From the NCBI GenBank assembly GCA_965223155.1, contig CBDCVR010000015.1:1245892-1309891 (forward strand): DNA of 64,000 nucleotides. The letters are read 5' to 3'. The position numbers and the translations under genes are program-made. The stretch comes from Candidatus Multivoradales bacterium. GTDB taxonomy: Bacteria; Acidobacteriota; Thermoanaerobaculia; Multivoradales; JAHEKO01. The notes beneath the pieces are model-generated. The model worked only from the letters and a program-made list of their open reading frames with translations. It searched no databases and was not told the origin of the DNA. Below are positions 9,986 to 19,979 of the stretch, piece after piece; the first letter of the stretch is position 1, and every line of letters starts with the position of its first letter.

Positions 9986-11937
9986 ACGGTGAAGGTGTCG
10001 GCGAGGGCCTGAAGCTCTCGAGCCTGTCGGGTCAGGCTCTGGGTGGCCTGGGAGAGTTGTTCGCTGGTGGTCACGTTGCCGCGGGCGATCTGGGCGATGT
10101 GGTCGATGGCCTTGACCACCATGTCGCCGCCCCGCTTCTGCTCGGCCCCAGAGTGGGCGACCTGCTGGGTCATCTCGTTCATGCGTTCGACGGCGTTGAG
10201 GAGATCGCGGGCGCTGTCGGCCTGTTCCTTGGCCGAGGCGGCCACTTGCCGGGTGATCGCCTGCATGTTGCGAGACGTCTCCAGGATCTGGGCGGCACCG
10301 CCGCTCTGTTCCTGGGTGGCGATCGAGACCTCGCCGACCAGGCCGCGAGTCTTGGTCACCGAGTCGACGATCTCGGCCAGGATGTTGTGGATGAGCTCGA
10401 CCGCCTCGCCAGTGTCGTTCTGCATGGTATCGACGAAGCGCGAGATGTCCCGCGTCGAGGCGACCGATTTTTCCGCCAGGCGCTTGACCTCCTCGGCGAC
10501 CACCCCGAAACCGCGCCCGGCGTCGCCCGCGCGCGCGGCTTCGATGGCCGCGTTGAGCGCCAACAGGTTGGTCTGGTCGGCAATCTCTTCGATGATCCGG
10601 ACGATCTTGCTGATGTCGCCGGTCGAGGTCTCGATGCCTTCGATCACGCTGGAGAGGCGGTTGCCGGCGGTTTGCGCCGCCTCCGCTGATTCCTGGGAAA
10701 CCCGATCCACGACGTCGACCTTGCTGGCGATGGATGCGATCGAGGCGGTCATCTCCTCGATCGTGGCCGAGGTTTCCTCGACCGCCGCCATCAAGCTCTC
10801 GGAGTGCGAGGCCATCTCACCCGAGGACATGCTCATGATCTGAATCGAAGAAGCTGTCTGCTCGACGTTGCTGGCCAGGTTCTGCATCGAGTGGGCCACG
10901 GTGTCGATCTGGGCGGCGATCTCGACCATGGTCGAGGAGGTCTCCTCGGTCGCCGAGGACTGGCTCTCGGCTCCTTCGCTGATGGCATCGGCCGAGGACG
11001 AGATCTGGCCGGCCGCCGACTGCACCTGGTCGGACGAGGCCTTGAGCTTGCCCAGCATGCTCTGGAGGTTGCCGGCCATCTTCTGGAAGGCATGGCCGAA
11101 GCTGTCGTCCGCGGACCGCGGATCCACCTGCACCGTCAGGTCGCCATCGGCGATGGAGTCGGCCACGCCGGACATCTCGCGCAGGTAGTCGATCGAGCGC
11201 CTGAGCGAACTCGTGAGCTGACCGACCTCGTCCACGGAAGTGGCGCGAAGCTCGGTGCGCAGGTCGCCGCGGGCGAGCTCTTCGGCGGCGCCGACGGCAC
11301 GGGCCAGCGGCTTCGTCACCGAACGCACCGTCAGGTACGAAAGAGCGAAGAGCAATGCAAGGGCGGTTGCCAGAATGATCGAGAAGCGCAGGATCATCGA
11401 GCGGCTCTGCTCGCGCGCGCTCGAGATAGCCGCGCTCATTTCCCGCGACTGGTTCGTGCGCAGGCGGCTCAACCGGTTCTGGACGCGGCGGTAGGCTTTC
11501 GAGCTTTCCTCGAGGCGCGGCAGCACGTCCTCGCTGGCGCCGTCCTGGATGAGGGAAAGCGCCGCCTCGAGGCTGATCTCGTAGTAGGTCTGAAATTCGC
11601 GCCGGACGTTGGTTAGAAGATCGGTGTCGAGGGTCGGGTTGGCGGCGCCGGCGGCGCTCTTCTTCAGGAACTCGTCGCGGAGGCTTTCGGCTTCGGCCAG
11701 GCTGTCGGTGCTGACCGAGACCGCCGACTCGTCGAAGGCCCGCTGGATCTCGGCCAGGGTGTCGTTCAGGTCATGGCTGAGGCTCAGGGCCGGGAAGTAG
11801 CCCTCTTCGACGCGGCCCATGAGCTCCGAGTTCTCGGTGCCCTCCCGGCTGGCCAGAACCCAAAGGGCGAGGAACGCGATTCCGGCAAGTGCCGGCAGCA
11901 GGATGATGCGACTTCGGATGTTGATTCCGCGGAACAT
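9982..11937 (-). CDS. Methyl-accepting chemotaxis protein (2 TM, tandem HAMP)
   Basis: Signalling hairpin [33 protein letters not shown]; two TM helices flanking a periplasmic domain. Confidence 0.95.
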   Translation of the reverse strand: MFRGINIRSRIILLPALAGIAFLALWVLASREGTENSELMGRVEEGYFPALSLSHDLNDTLAEIQRAFDESAVSVSTDSLAEAESLRDEFLKKSAAGAANPTLDTDLLTNVRREFQTYYEISLEAALSLIQDGASEDVLPRLEESSKAYRRVQNRLSRLRTNQSREMSAAISSAREQSRSMILRFSIILATALALLFALSYLTVRSVTKPLARAVGAAEELARGDLRTELRATSVDEVGQLTSSLRRSIDYLREMSGVADSIADGDLTVQVDPRSADDSFGHAFQKMAGNLQSMLGKLKASSDQVQSAAGQISSSADAISEGAESQSSATEETSSTMVEIAAQIDTVAHSMQNLASNVEQTASSIQIMSMSSGEMASHSESLMAAVEETSATIEEMTASIASIASKVDVVDRVSQESAEAAQTAGNRLSSVIEGIETSTGDISKIVRIIEEIADQTNLLALNAAIEAARAGDAGRGFGVVAEEVKRLAEKSVASTRDISRFVDTMQNDTGEAVELIHNILAEIVDSVTKTRGLVGEVSIATQEQSGGAAQILETSRNMQAITRQVAASAKEQADSARDLLNAVERMNEMTQQVAHSGAEQKRGGDMVVKAIDHIAQIARGNVTTSEQLSQATQSLTRQARELQALADTFTV

Positions 11938-11954
11938 GTCGGGTGCCTCCGGGG

Positions 11955-12491
11955 TTAGTCTTTGGCGGGGGAGTCGGAGTCCTTGAAAAGACGCTCGGCG
12001 TCGAGCAGGACGAGCTCGGTGCCACGGCCGAGGGAGTACCCGCCCAGGCCGTACGGGCCGAGAGCGTGGCCGTCGGCAAGCTCGTGAATCTTCTCGCGCG
12101 GGACCTTCTCGATACCTCGAGCCTGGTCCACCAGGAGGCCGACCGGCGCAGTGCCGGCCAGAAACACCACGATCCGGCTCTCGGGCGTGGATGCCTGGCG
12201 CGCGAGCCCCAGGTGCCGGCGGAAGTCCACCACCGGCAGGGCCCGGCCGCGAAGGTTCATGACGCCATCGACCGAGTCGGGCGTTCCCGGAACCGCGGTG
12301 ACGCGGGCCGGGCGCAGGATCTCGCGGACGTGAGTCACCGGCAGACCGGCTTCGTAGCGGTCCAGGCCGAAGACGACCCAGGTCTCGAAGGTGAGCCGTT
12401 CTTCCGGCTTCTCCTCACCCTCGGCGCGTAGCCGCTCGGCGAAGGCCAGGATCGCATGGGCGCCGTCTTGCGCCGGTCCGGGGGAGCTCAT
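11955..12491 (-). CDS. cheW: CheW coupling protein
   Basis: [23 protein letters not shown] and VGLLVD motifs. Confidence 0.92.
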   Translation of the reverse strand: MSSPGPAQDGAHAILAFAERLRAEGEEKPEERLTFETWVVFGLDRYEAGLPVTHVREILRPARVTAVPGTPDSVDGVMNLRGRALPVVDFRRHLGLARQASTPESRIVVFLAGTAPVGLLVDQARGIEKVPREKIHELADGHALGPYGLGGYSLGRGTELVLLDAERLFKDSDSPAKD

Positions 12492-14098
12492 TAGTGAATC
12501 TCGGTGCCGGGAGTGCCGGTGTTGGGAGCGGCCGAGGTCGAGGTCAGCTGTGGCGGGTCCAGGATCAGGACCACTCGGCCGTTGCCCAAGACGGTGGAGC
12601 CCGCGATGCCCTTGGGCCGGCCCAGGACGCCGTCCAGAGGGCGGACCACGATCTCCTGGAGCTCGCCCAGGGCATCGACCAGGACCCGGCGCCGGCGCCC
12701 GTCCGCCTCCACCGTGACGAAATACTCCGGGGCCGAGCGGCCGCCGCTCCGCCTGTCGCTCCGCCCGCCGCCCCGGACAAGGCCCAGATAGCTTCCCAGA
12801 TGGAGGGCGTCGTCGGGCTTGCCCACGTCCGTTGAGCCGGGTGAATCAGGCGAGCCGGCCAGAGCCGGCGCATCGGGACCGGTCTCCCGGATGGCCGCGA
12901 CCGGCACGGCGAAGTGCTCACCGCCGGTCTCCACGAGGAGCGCGTTGGTAATGGCGACCGTGAGCGGTAGGCGCAAGCTGAAGCAGCTGCCCATGCCCGG
13001 CACCGTGGCCACTTCGATGTCGCCGCCGCGGCCGTGGACCGCGGTCAAGACCGCGGCCATGCCCACGCCCCGGCCGGACGAGCGGTCGGCGTCCTCGCGA
13101 GTCGAGAGCCCTTGGTGGAAGAGCAAGGCGTGGACGTCCTGGAGCTGGGCGGTGTCGATGCCGGCGCGCTTTGCGGCCGCGCGCAGCCCGGCCTCGTCGA
13201 TGCCGGCGCCGTCGTCGTAGACGTCGATGACGACACTGCCTTCCTTGAGCGCGGCTTGGATGAGGACGGATCCCGCGTCCGGCTTGCCGGCGGCGCGGCG
13301 GTCGTCGGCGGCCTCGATGCCGTGGACGACGGCGTTGCGAACGATGTGGCCGAGGGTGTCGCTGGCAAGATCCGTAAGCGCGGTGTCGAGCGGCGTTTCA
13401 CCGCCCGAGGTCTTCAGATGCACGGTCTTGCCCTGCTCGGCGGCCTCGTCGTGCACCAGCCGTTGCAGACGGTCGAAGATGGGCTGCAACGGCACCATGC
13501 GGAGAGCCTGGATCTGGTGTTGGAGAGACTCCAGAATCGCGTCGAGCTCGCGCCGGGCGTCGTCCAGCCGGCGCCAGGCGGCGGCGAAGTCTTCCTCGCG
13601 GCGGGCCTCGTCCGGAATTCGCTTGGCGACCCCGTAGAGGCGGTCGGCGAGCGTGTGGCGGGCGACCACCAGCTCGGCGGTCCCGGCGTGAAGCCGATCC
13701 AGGGCCTCGAGCGCCACCCGGGTCGATCGCCGCTCGTCGAGCCCGGCCCCGCCGCCATCGGCGGCGGTTTCTCCTGTCGTCGAGGAGCCGGCGGCCTGGG
13801 CCAGAAGCTCGCGAAACCGGTCCACGTCTTCGAGCAACGGCGCCAGCCGCGGTTCGGCCGGGTCGATCCTCTCGACCCGGTCTTCGAGCGCGTGGGCGAG
13901 CTCTTGGAGATCGGCAAGCCCCATCATCCCGGAATTTCCCTTGAGCGTGTGGAGCTCGCGCCGGACCTCTTCGAGGACCGCCTCGCGCTCCTGTCGGGAG
14001 CCGGCCTCGAGGCCCAGAAAGCCGTCCTCGATGCGGTCGAGACGGTCCTGGGCCTCGAGCACGAAGTCGCCTAGAAGCTCTTGGAGTTCTTCGTTCAT
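12491..14098 (-). CDS. cheA: CheA histidine kinase (compact, no evident P2 domain)
   Basis: Hpt HTLKG, HATPase boxes RNAVVHGIE, DDGAGID and SGRGVGM, C-terminal CheW-like domain. Confidence 0.95.
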   Translation of the reverse strand: MNEELQELLGDFVLEAQDRLDRIEDGFLGLEAGSRQEREAVLEEVRRELHTLKGNSGMMGLADLQELAHALEDRVERIDPAEPRLAPLLEDVDRFRELLAQAAGSSTTGETAADGGGAGLDERRSTRVALEALDRLHAGTAELVVARHTLADRLYGVAKRIPDEARREEDFAAAWRRLDDARRELDAILESLQHQIQALRMVPLQPIFDRLQRLVHDEAAEQGKTVHLKTSGGETPLDTALTDLASDTLGHIVRNAVVHGIEAADDRRAAGKPDAGSVLIQAALKEGSVVIDVYDDGAGIDEAGLRAAAKRAGIDTAQLQDVHALLFHQGLSTREDADRSSGRGVGMAAVLTAVHGRGGDIEVATVPGMGSCFSLRLPLTVAITNALLVETGGEHFAVPVAAIRETGPDAPALAGSPDSPGSTDVGKPDDALHLGSYLGLVRGGGRSDRRSGGRSAPEYFVTVEADGRRRRVLVDALGELQEIVVRPLDGVLGRPKGIAGSTVLGNGRVVLILDPPQLTSTSAAPNTGTPGTEIH

Positions 14099-14330
14099 GA
14101 CCGTGGCTGGGAAACCTCGATGAGGGTGCCGAAGCGCCGGTCTATTTGGCCGGTAGGACCCTGCAACTGTCTATGAACAAGGCCACATTTTCCCCGGGTG
14201 CGCCGAATTACGGATTTTGTGAAATCCTTCGCATACCAAGGACGTTTCCGCTTGTACGATCGAAAGCCGCTGCCCGGCGCGGCCCCCGCCTTGCGCGTCT
14301 AGCCTTCCGCCGCCTGAAGAGGAGTTGGTC

Positions 14331-14714
14331 ATGGACCCCAAGAAGATTCTGATCGTGGACGATTCCAAGCTGATCCACAAGATGTTCGACGTCATGCTGC
14401 GGGCGCACCAACTGGTCCACGCGGAGGACGGACTCGAGGGTCTGCAGAAGCTGGGCGAGCACGCCGACATCGACATCGTCTTGCTCGATATCAACATGCC
14501 GCGGATGAACGGATTGGAGTTTCTCGAAGAGTTGGGCAACAACCCGGCTCTTTCCGGGATCCCAGTGGTCATCGTCAGCACCGAAGGCAAGGACGAGGAC
14601 ACCGAGCGCGCGCTCGCGGCCGGCGCCTCGGCCTACATCACCAAGCCTTTCCAGAGCGACAGCATCCTCGGAATCGTGGATCGTTTGACGGGGAATGCTA
14701 CCGCGGGTGATTGA
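14331..14714 (+). CDS. Single-domain response regulator (CheY-like)
   Basis: VDDS, DINMPRMNG, ST and KPF; GAGGAG RBS before ATG 14331. Confidence 0.92.
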   Translation: MDPKKILIVDDSKLIHKMFDVMLRAHQLVHAEDGLEGLQKLGEHADIDIVLLDINMPRMNGLEFLEELGNNPALSGIPVVIVSTEGKDEDTERALAAGASAYITKPFQSDSILGIVDRLTGNATAGD

Positions 14715-14717
14715 GTC

Positions 14718-15449
14718 GTGGCGGACCAAGAGCTAAAAAGCGTCGTTGCCGAGCTCCAAGTCACCTTGGATCGAGCCGGGAAGCTGCTCGGCGTCTTGCA
14801 GGAACGGGTGCCGCCCGAGCCCGGATCCGAGGCCGGCTCCGATCCGTCGGAGCAGGTCTCGCATCTGCGCGAGAGCCTGGCTTCTGCCGAACAAGACATG
14901 ACCGAGCTCTCGGCCCGGTTGGTGGACACCGAGAATCAGCGCGGCCGGCTCATGAACCTCTATGTCGCCACCTATCAGCTTCACGCCACCCTCGACGTGG
15001 AGGAAGTGACCACGACGATTGCCGAGATCTCGAGAGACCTCGTGGGGGCCGAGAAATTCGTGCTGGTGTTGAAAGACGAAGAGCGTGGCGGCTGCGAGGT
15101 AGCCCTGGCTCAGGGGCTCGACCGGGACGACGTTCTGTTTAACTCCCATCGCTACGACGGCGGAGATCCGATGGTGGATCAAACGCTGGACGACGGCGTG
15201 CTGCGCATGGAACCGAGCGACGACGGCCAGGCGCTGGCGGTCGTGCCGCTCACGGTCCAGGGCGCCATCGTCGGCGCGGTCGTGGTCTTGAAGCTCTTCG
15301 ATCACAAGCCGTACTTCACACCCGACGACCGGGACATCCTGGATCTGCTGGCCGCGCACGCCGCCTCGGCGCTCTTGGCGGCGCGCATGTATTCGGCGAC
15401 CGACCGGAAGCTGAAGACGCTGGAGAACCTGGTCAAGCTGGTCCGCTAG
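14718..15449 (+). CDS. Coiled-coil plus GAF domain protein
   Basis: N-terminal heptads, then GAF-like 'AVVPLTVQGAIVGAVVV...FTPDDRDILDLLAAHAASAL'. Confidence 0.8.
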   Translation: MADQELKSVVAELQVTLDRAGKLLGVLQERVPPEPGSEAGSDPSEQVSHLRESLASAEQDMTELSARLVDTENQRGRLMNLYVATYQLHATLDVEEVTTTIAEISRDLVGAEKFVLVLKDEERGGCEVALAQGLDRDDVLFNSHRYDGGDPMVDQTLDDGVLRMEPSDDGQALAVVPLTVQGAIVGAVVVLKLFDHKPYFTPDDRDILDLLAAHAASALLAARMYSATDRKLKTLENLVKLVR

Positions 15450-15458
15450 CCGAGCCCG

Positions 15459-17147
15459 ATGAGCATTTCCGGCAACCTGCTCGACGTCTCGGTGGCGGAT
15501 GTCATGCAGTTCATCCACCTGGGCGGCCGCACCGGGACCTTGGTGCTGGAGTCGGGAGCCCGGCGCGCCGAGATCGGCTTCCACCGGGGTCGCATCATCA
15601 GCGCCTGGACCCCCGACGCCAAGCGCCTCGGGCAGCTCCTGCTGGACGCGGGCCTGGTCGACGACGCCAGGCTGGAGCGGGCCATCGCCCGGCAGAACGA
15701 AGAGGTGCCGCGGGTCTCCCTGGGCAAGATCCTGGTGGAGATGGACTGCGTCACCCGGGAGGAGCTGCGCGACGCGGTCGCCGAGCAGATCGAGAAGACG
15801 ATCTACGACCTCGTTACCTGGCGGGCGGGCCAGTTCGACTTCGCTCTCGACGAGCTGCGGCCCGTTGACGACATCGCCGTCTATCCGGGCGACATCCTGC
15901 CCGACATCAACCTCAATACCCAGATCGTGGTGCTGGAGGCGCTGAGGATCTTCGACGAGAAGAACCGGGACAGAGCGGTCGAGCCCAGTGCGGCCGAACC
16001 GGGCGCGGACGCAACCGATGAGCTTGAGATCGAAGGCGCCGAGGCCGCAACCCCGGAGGCACCGGACTCCGAGTCGCGCTCTGGCGACGGCTCCGAAGCC
16101 GAGACCAGCGAGATCCAAGTCGTGGACCCCGAGCGGCTCGAAGGCGAGGAGGTTCTGGAGGATCTGGCTAACGAGACTTCCGAGATCCTGTCCGAAGAGA
16201 TCGATCGGTGGACGCAGGACGAGACCGAGCAGATGGTCAGCACCCGCCTTCAGGTCATCAGTGAGGATCGCGAGATGATCGACCGATTGCGCTCGGGCTT
16301 TGCCGGCGATGACGTCGCCATTGCCGAAGTGAAGCTTTGGGACGCCGGACTGACCCTGCCCGGAGAGCTGCCGCCGGTGGTGCTCCTCGACATGCGCCAC
16401 AGCGGCGTCGAGCTTCAGGACATCGAGTCGTTTTGCCGGAGTCGCGCTCACGCGGCGATCTTGGCGATCGCCGACGGACCGGCGGCTCTCAGCAGGCTCT
16501 ACGAGGCGGGCGCGCTGGCCGCGCTTCTACCCGACCCGGAGGCGGTGTTCTCCTGCCTGTCGAGCGTGCTCCGCAGCCGCGGCGGCCGGACCGAGATGCT
16601 CGGAGCACTCCACGGAACCAGCGCCGGCTTCGCCAAGCTCCGGAGGGTCGTGGCCGATCTGCGCTCCGGCCTGCTGTCCGCCACCGTTGCGCTAAACCTC
16701 ATGCAGGTGATCTCGGAATCGGTCGAACGGGCGATCATGTTCGTCGTCCGCCGCGATCGGCTGCAAGCGCTGGGCGCCTTCGGCGCCGATCCCAACGGCC
16801 GGCCGCTTGCCGACGCCACCCACGAGCTGACGGTTCCGTTGGTGGATCGGAACGCCTTGTGCGAGGCGATCAACGACGGCCAGACACGCTCGCTGCGCTT
16901 CGACGAAGCCGGTCTTCCCGAAGAGTTTGTCGAGCGCATCGGCCGGCCGCGAACCGGCCAGATCGTGCTCTTTCCGGTGATGGGAAGCAGCCAGGTGAAT
17001 TCGGTCGTGTACACCGACAACGGTCCGCTCAGCCGGGAGATCGGCGAGATCGAGATCCTGGAACTGGCCGCCGCGCAGGTCGGCGTTGCCTTCGAAAACG
17101 AGATGCTGCGCCGCAAGATGGCGCGCCTGGACCGGAGTGGAGCGTGA
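15459..17147 (+). CDS. DUF4388 (PATAN-like) plus MshEN-like, pseudo-receiver and GAF-like domain protein
   Basis: N-terminal 'ISGNLLDVSVADVMQFIHLGGRTGTL'; RLGQLLLDAGLVDDARLERAIARQ matches the MshEN motif; acidic linker; C-terminal 'VYTDN...LAAAQVGVAFEN'. Confidence 0.75.
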   Translation: MSISGNLLDVSVADVMQFIHLGGRTGTLVLESGARRAEIGFHRGRIISAWTPDAKRLGQLLLDAGLVDDARLERAIARQNEEVPRVSLGKILVEMDCVTREELRDAVAEQIEKTIYDLVTWRAGQFDFALDELRPVDDIAVYPGDILPDINLNTQIVVLEALRIFDEKNRDRAVEPSAAEPGADATDELEIEGAEAATPEAPDSESRSGDGSEAETSEIQVVDPERLEGEEVLEDLANETSEILSEEIDRWTQDETEQMVSTRLQVISEDREMIDRLRSGFAGDDVAIAEVKLWDAGLTLPGELPPVVLLDMRHSGVELQDIESFCRSRAHAAILAIADGPAALSRLYEAGALAALLPDPEAVFSCLSSVLRSRGGRTEMLGALHGTSAGFAKLRRVVADLRSGLLSATVALNLMQVISESVERAIMFVVRRDRLQALGAFGADPNGRPLADATHELTVPLVDRNALCEAINDGQTRSLRFDEAGLPEEFVERIGRPRTGQIVLFPVMGSSQVNSVVYTDNGPLSREIGEIEILELAAAQVGVAFENEMLRRKMARLDRSGA

Positions 17148-17216
17148 GGGTTCGAAGTGGAAAGTGCTATCCTTATCGGAACTTAGCAAGAGTTGCGAGA
17201 CTCGGAGGAATTTGTG

Positions 17217-17729
17217 ATGACTAGAGGCAAGATTCGGATCGCGATGGCCATGGCCCTGTCTTTGGCGGTCGTGTTGCCCGCGCTCGGCGCGGTCTACCAG
17301 GTCGAGCTCACTTCGGGCTCCAAGTTCGAAAGCCGCTATCGGCCCACCCAGAGTGCGTCGGACGATAACAAGATTCTGCTCCTGACCGAGACCGGCAACT
17401 GGATCGCTCTGCCCAAGGACGCGGTCAAGTCGATCACGACCGACACCGAGACGCGCGGTTTCGGCACCGTCCTGGACGATCAGACCATCGCTCTGGGCTT
17501 TACCGCGGGCGGCGCCTCCGTCACCGTGACGGATGGCGAGGGTGAAGCAGCGGCCGAGGATCCCACCACGCGCCTTATCAACTTCCTGCGCGAGCAGAAT
17601 CAGACGCCGGCCCCGGTCGTGTACAACAACGACTTGGTGGTCGAGCCGGAGCAGTCCGGAGGCATTCCGGTCTGGATGTCCAACCAGCAGACGGCCCCGA
17701 TCGGCAACACACAGGGCCGCAACCAGTAG
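17217..17729 (+). CDS. Hypothetical secreted protein
   Basis: GGAGG RBS, signal peptide ending ALG/A, host-like codon usage. Confidence 0.75.
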   Translation: MTRGKIRIAMAMALSLAVVLPALGAVYQVELTSGSKFESRYRPTQSASDDNKILLLTETGNWIALPKDAVKSITTDTETRGFGTVLDDQTIALGFTAGGASVTVTDGEGEAAAEDPTTRLINFLREQNQTPAPVVYNNDLVVEPEQSGGIPVWMSNQQTAPIGNTQGRNQ

Positions 17730-17809
17730 ACTCTGAATCGTCGGCGGCCGGACCGCCGGCTTGGGCTCCGATCATCTCGGAGCGTTGACAACTGACGTCC
17801 CGCGGTGAC

Positions 17810-17990
17810 CCGTTCTCGGGTCGGGGCGCTTTGGCGCTCCAGGGAAGCCGGTGTGATGCCGGCACGGTCCCCGCCACTGTAACCGGGTACGAAACCGGCA
17901 TTAGCCACTGCGCGAGCGCATCGTGAGAGCGTTCTCGTGGGAAGGGCCGGAAGTAGGACGATCCGGGAGTCAGGAGACCTGTCGCGCGGA
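17810..17990 (+). ncRNA. Cobalamin (B12) riboswitch
   Basis: Conserved elements AGGGAA-gccggtg, CCCGCCACTGTAA, AGCCACTG, TGGGAAGG and AGTCAGGAGACCTG upstream of btuB; boundaries approximate. Confidence 0.93.
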
Positions 17991-18095
17991 CAGAACTCGA
18001 TCCTCTCTTGGAGGATCCGAACCCCCGGGGTCTGGGGCGGCTGGGATTCGCCGCGCGAATCGAGCTTGCCCGCAGATGGGGTGAGAGGAGATTCG

Positions 18096-19979
18096 ATGCG
18101 GAAACCATGGATAGCCGCCCTGACGGCGGCTCGGACGACGGCCCTGGCCCTGGCTCTGGGCCTGGCGCTGGGCATAATCGGCCTGGCCGGAAGCCTAGCT
18201 CCGGCCGCGGCTCAGGCGGCTTGGCCCGAGGACGACCCGGCGCTGGTTCATGACCAGCTCGTCGTCACCGGCGTGCTCGAGACCGAAGCAGCAAGCCGCC
18301 TTGCCGGCGCGATCGAGATCGTGGACGGCGAGGAGCTGGAGTTCCGCCAGGCGACGTCGATCGCCGACGGTCTGCGCACGGCTGCCGGGCTGGACGTGGT
18401 TCGGTCCGGCTCGCCCGGCAAGGTGACCTCGGTCTTTTCCCGCGGCACCGAGTCGGACCACGTGCTCGTCCTCTGGAACGGCGTCGAGCTCAACAACCCC
18501 TACTTCGGGGGCTTCGATTGGGCCTTCCTGCCCACCGAGGGCGTGGACCGTATCGAGCTCGCCCGCGGTCCTTACAGCGCGCTCTACGGCGCCGACGCCC
18601 TGGGAGGTGTCGTCAACGTGGTCTCCTCGGCCGGTGACGGCGGCTCCTTACGGTTGGAGCTGGGCGAAGACGGCTACCGGCGGGCGGCGCTCGTCGCCGG
18701 CGGCGGGGGAGACAAGGCTGGCTATCAGCTCTCCGGGCACCTGTTGCGCTCGGACGGTCTCGAGGTCAACGACTTTCTGGACGGCGCCGAGCTGGCCGGC
18801 CGGGGCTTTCGGGACCTTGCCGGCGGTTCCAGCCTGGCGCTTCTGGTGCGCGTCAACGACTCGGACTTGGGCATTCCGCGCTCGGCCGGTCTGCCGTCGC
18901 CGAACCGCACGGTCGCTTGGCGGGAATCCCAGGTCGCGGTGCCGTGGACCTGGACCCGGTCTCGCTGGAGCCTTCGAGGCGAGGCTTCCCGGGTCGAGCT
19001 TGAGTCGAGTTTTCGCGACCCGGACGACGCCTTCGGCTTCACCGCTTCCGATACCCGTTCGCGAGTCCATCGCCTGCGCGCGCAGGCGACGCGCCGGTTC
19101 GGACACCACGGCTGGCTCGCGGCAGGGGTCGAGCGCGAAGACGCGGAGGTCGATGACCGGTCGTCCTTCGGAGTCAATCTGACCGATGCCTCCCGCGAGA
19201 CCCGGTCGGTCTTCGCCCAGGCGCTGGTCGAGCTCTCGGGAGCGAGCCTGGATCTAGGCGTGCGGCATGACGACTTCGACCAGTTCGGGAGCCGCTGGAC
19301 TCCCAAGGTTTCGCTGGCGTGGAGCGCCGCGGGCGGCCGGATCTGGGCTTCCTACGGCGAGGGGTTTCGCGCGCCCTCGGTGGGCGAGCTCTTGTTTCCT
19401 TTCTCCGGCAACCGCGAGCTCCGGCCCGAGGACTCGACCTCCTACGAGCTCGGCTACCGGCGCCGGGCCGGGCGTTGGAACGCTTCGATCGCGACCTACG
19501 AAAACCGTCTCCGGGACCTGATCGATTTCGACCTGGTGGCGTTTCGCAATGTCAACGTCTCCCGCGCGCGCACGCGCGGCGTCGAGGCCGGTGTGGGATT
19601 CGAGTCGGCGCGGACCCGGTTCAAACTGCGCGCGAGCACGCTCGACGCCGAGGACGAGACGACGGGTCTCGAGCTGCTGCGCCGGCCGGAGACGCGGGCT
19701 TCGGTGGTGGCAAGCCGCGTCCTCGACAGATCGACCTGGACGGCTACCGGCTTCTACGTCGGGGAGCGGCCGGACGTCGATCCTGCCCTCTTTACGCGCC
19801 GCCGCAACCCGTCCTATGTCCGCGTGGACCTGGCCTTCGAGTGGCGCGGCCGAAAACGGGTGACGCCCTACGGCCGGATCGAGAACCTGTTCGATGAGAC
19901 CTACCAGGAGGCGCTGGGCTTTCCAGCGCCGGGGCGTTCCGGCAGCGCCGGAGTGCGGATCGGTTGGGGAGGATCGTGA
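18096..19979 (+). CDS. btuB: TonB-dependent cobalamin receptor
   Basis: Plug motifs SVFSRGTESDHVLVL and IELARGPYSALYGADALGGVVN; under B12 riboswitch; GAGGAG RBS before 18096. Confidence 0.88.
   Translation: MRKPWIAALTAARTTALALALGLALGIIGLAGSLAPAAAQAAWPEDDPALVHDQLVVTGVLETEAASRLAGAIEIVDGEELEFRQATSIADGLRTAAGLDVVRSGSPGKVTSVFSRGTESDHVLVLWNGVELNNPYFGGFDWAFLPTEGVDRIELARGPYSALYGADALGGVVNVVSSAGDGGSLRLELGEDGYRRAALVAGGGGDKAGYQLSGHLLRSDGLEVNDFLDGAELAGRGFRDLAGGSSLALLVRVNDSDLGIPRSAGLPSPNRTVAWRESQVAVPWTWTRSRWSLRGEASRVELESSFRDPDDAFGFTASDTRSRVHRLRAQATRRFGHHGWLAAGVEREDAEVDDRSSFGVNLTDASRETRSVFAQALVELSGASLDLGVRHDDFDQFGSRWTPKVSLAWSAAGGRIWASYGEGFRAPSVGELLFPFSGNRELRPEDSTSYELGYRRRAGRWNASIATYENRLRDLIDFDLVAFRNVNVSRARTRGVEAGVGFESARTRFKLRASTLDAEDETTGLELLRRPETRASVVASRVLDRSTWTATGFYVGERPDVDPALFTRRRNPSYVRVDLAFEWRGRKRVTPYGRIENLFDETYQEALGFPAPGRSGSAGVRIGWGGS

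Noticed and set aside
14147-14165. sigma54 promoter in the che divergent region
   Set aside because: GG-to-GC spacing is wrong (15 or 11 rather than 12).
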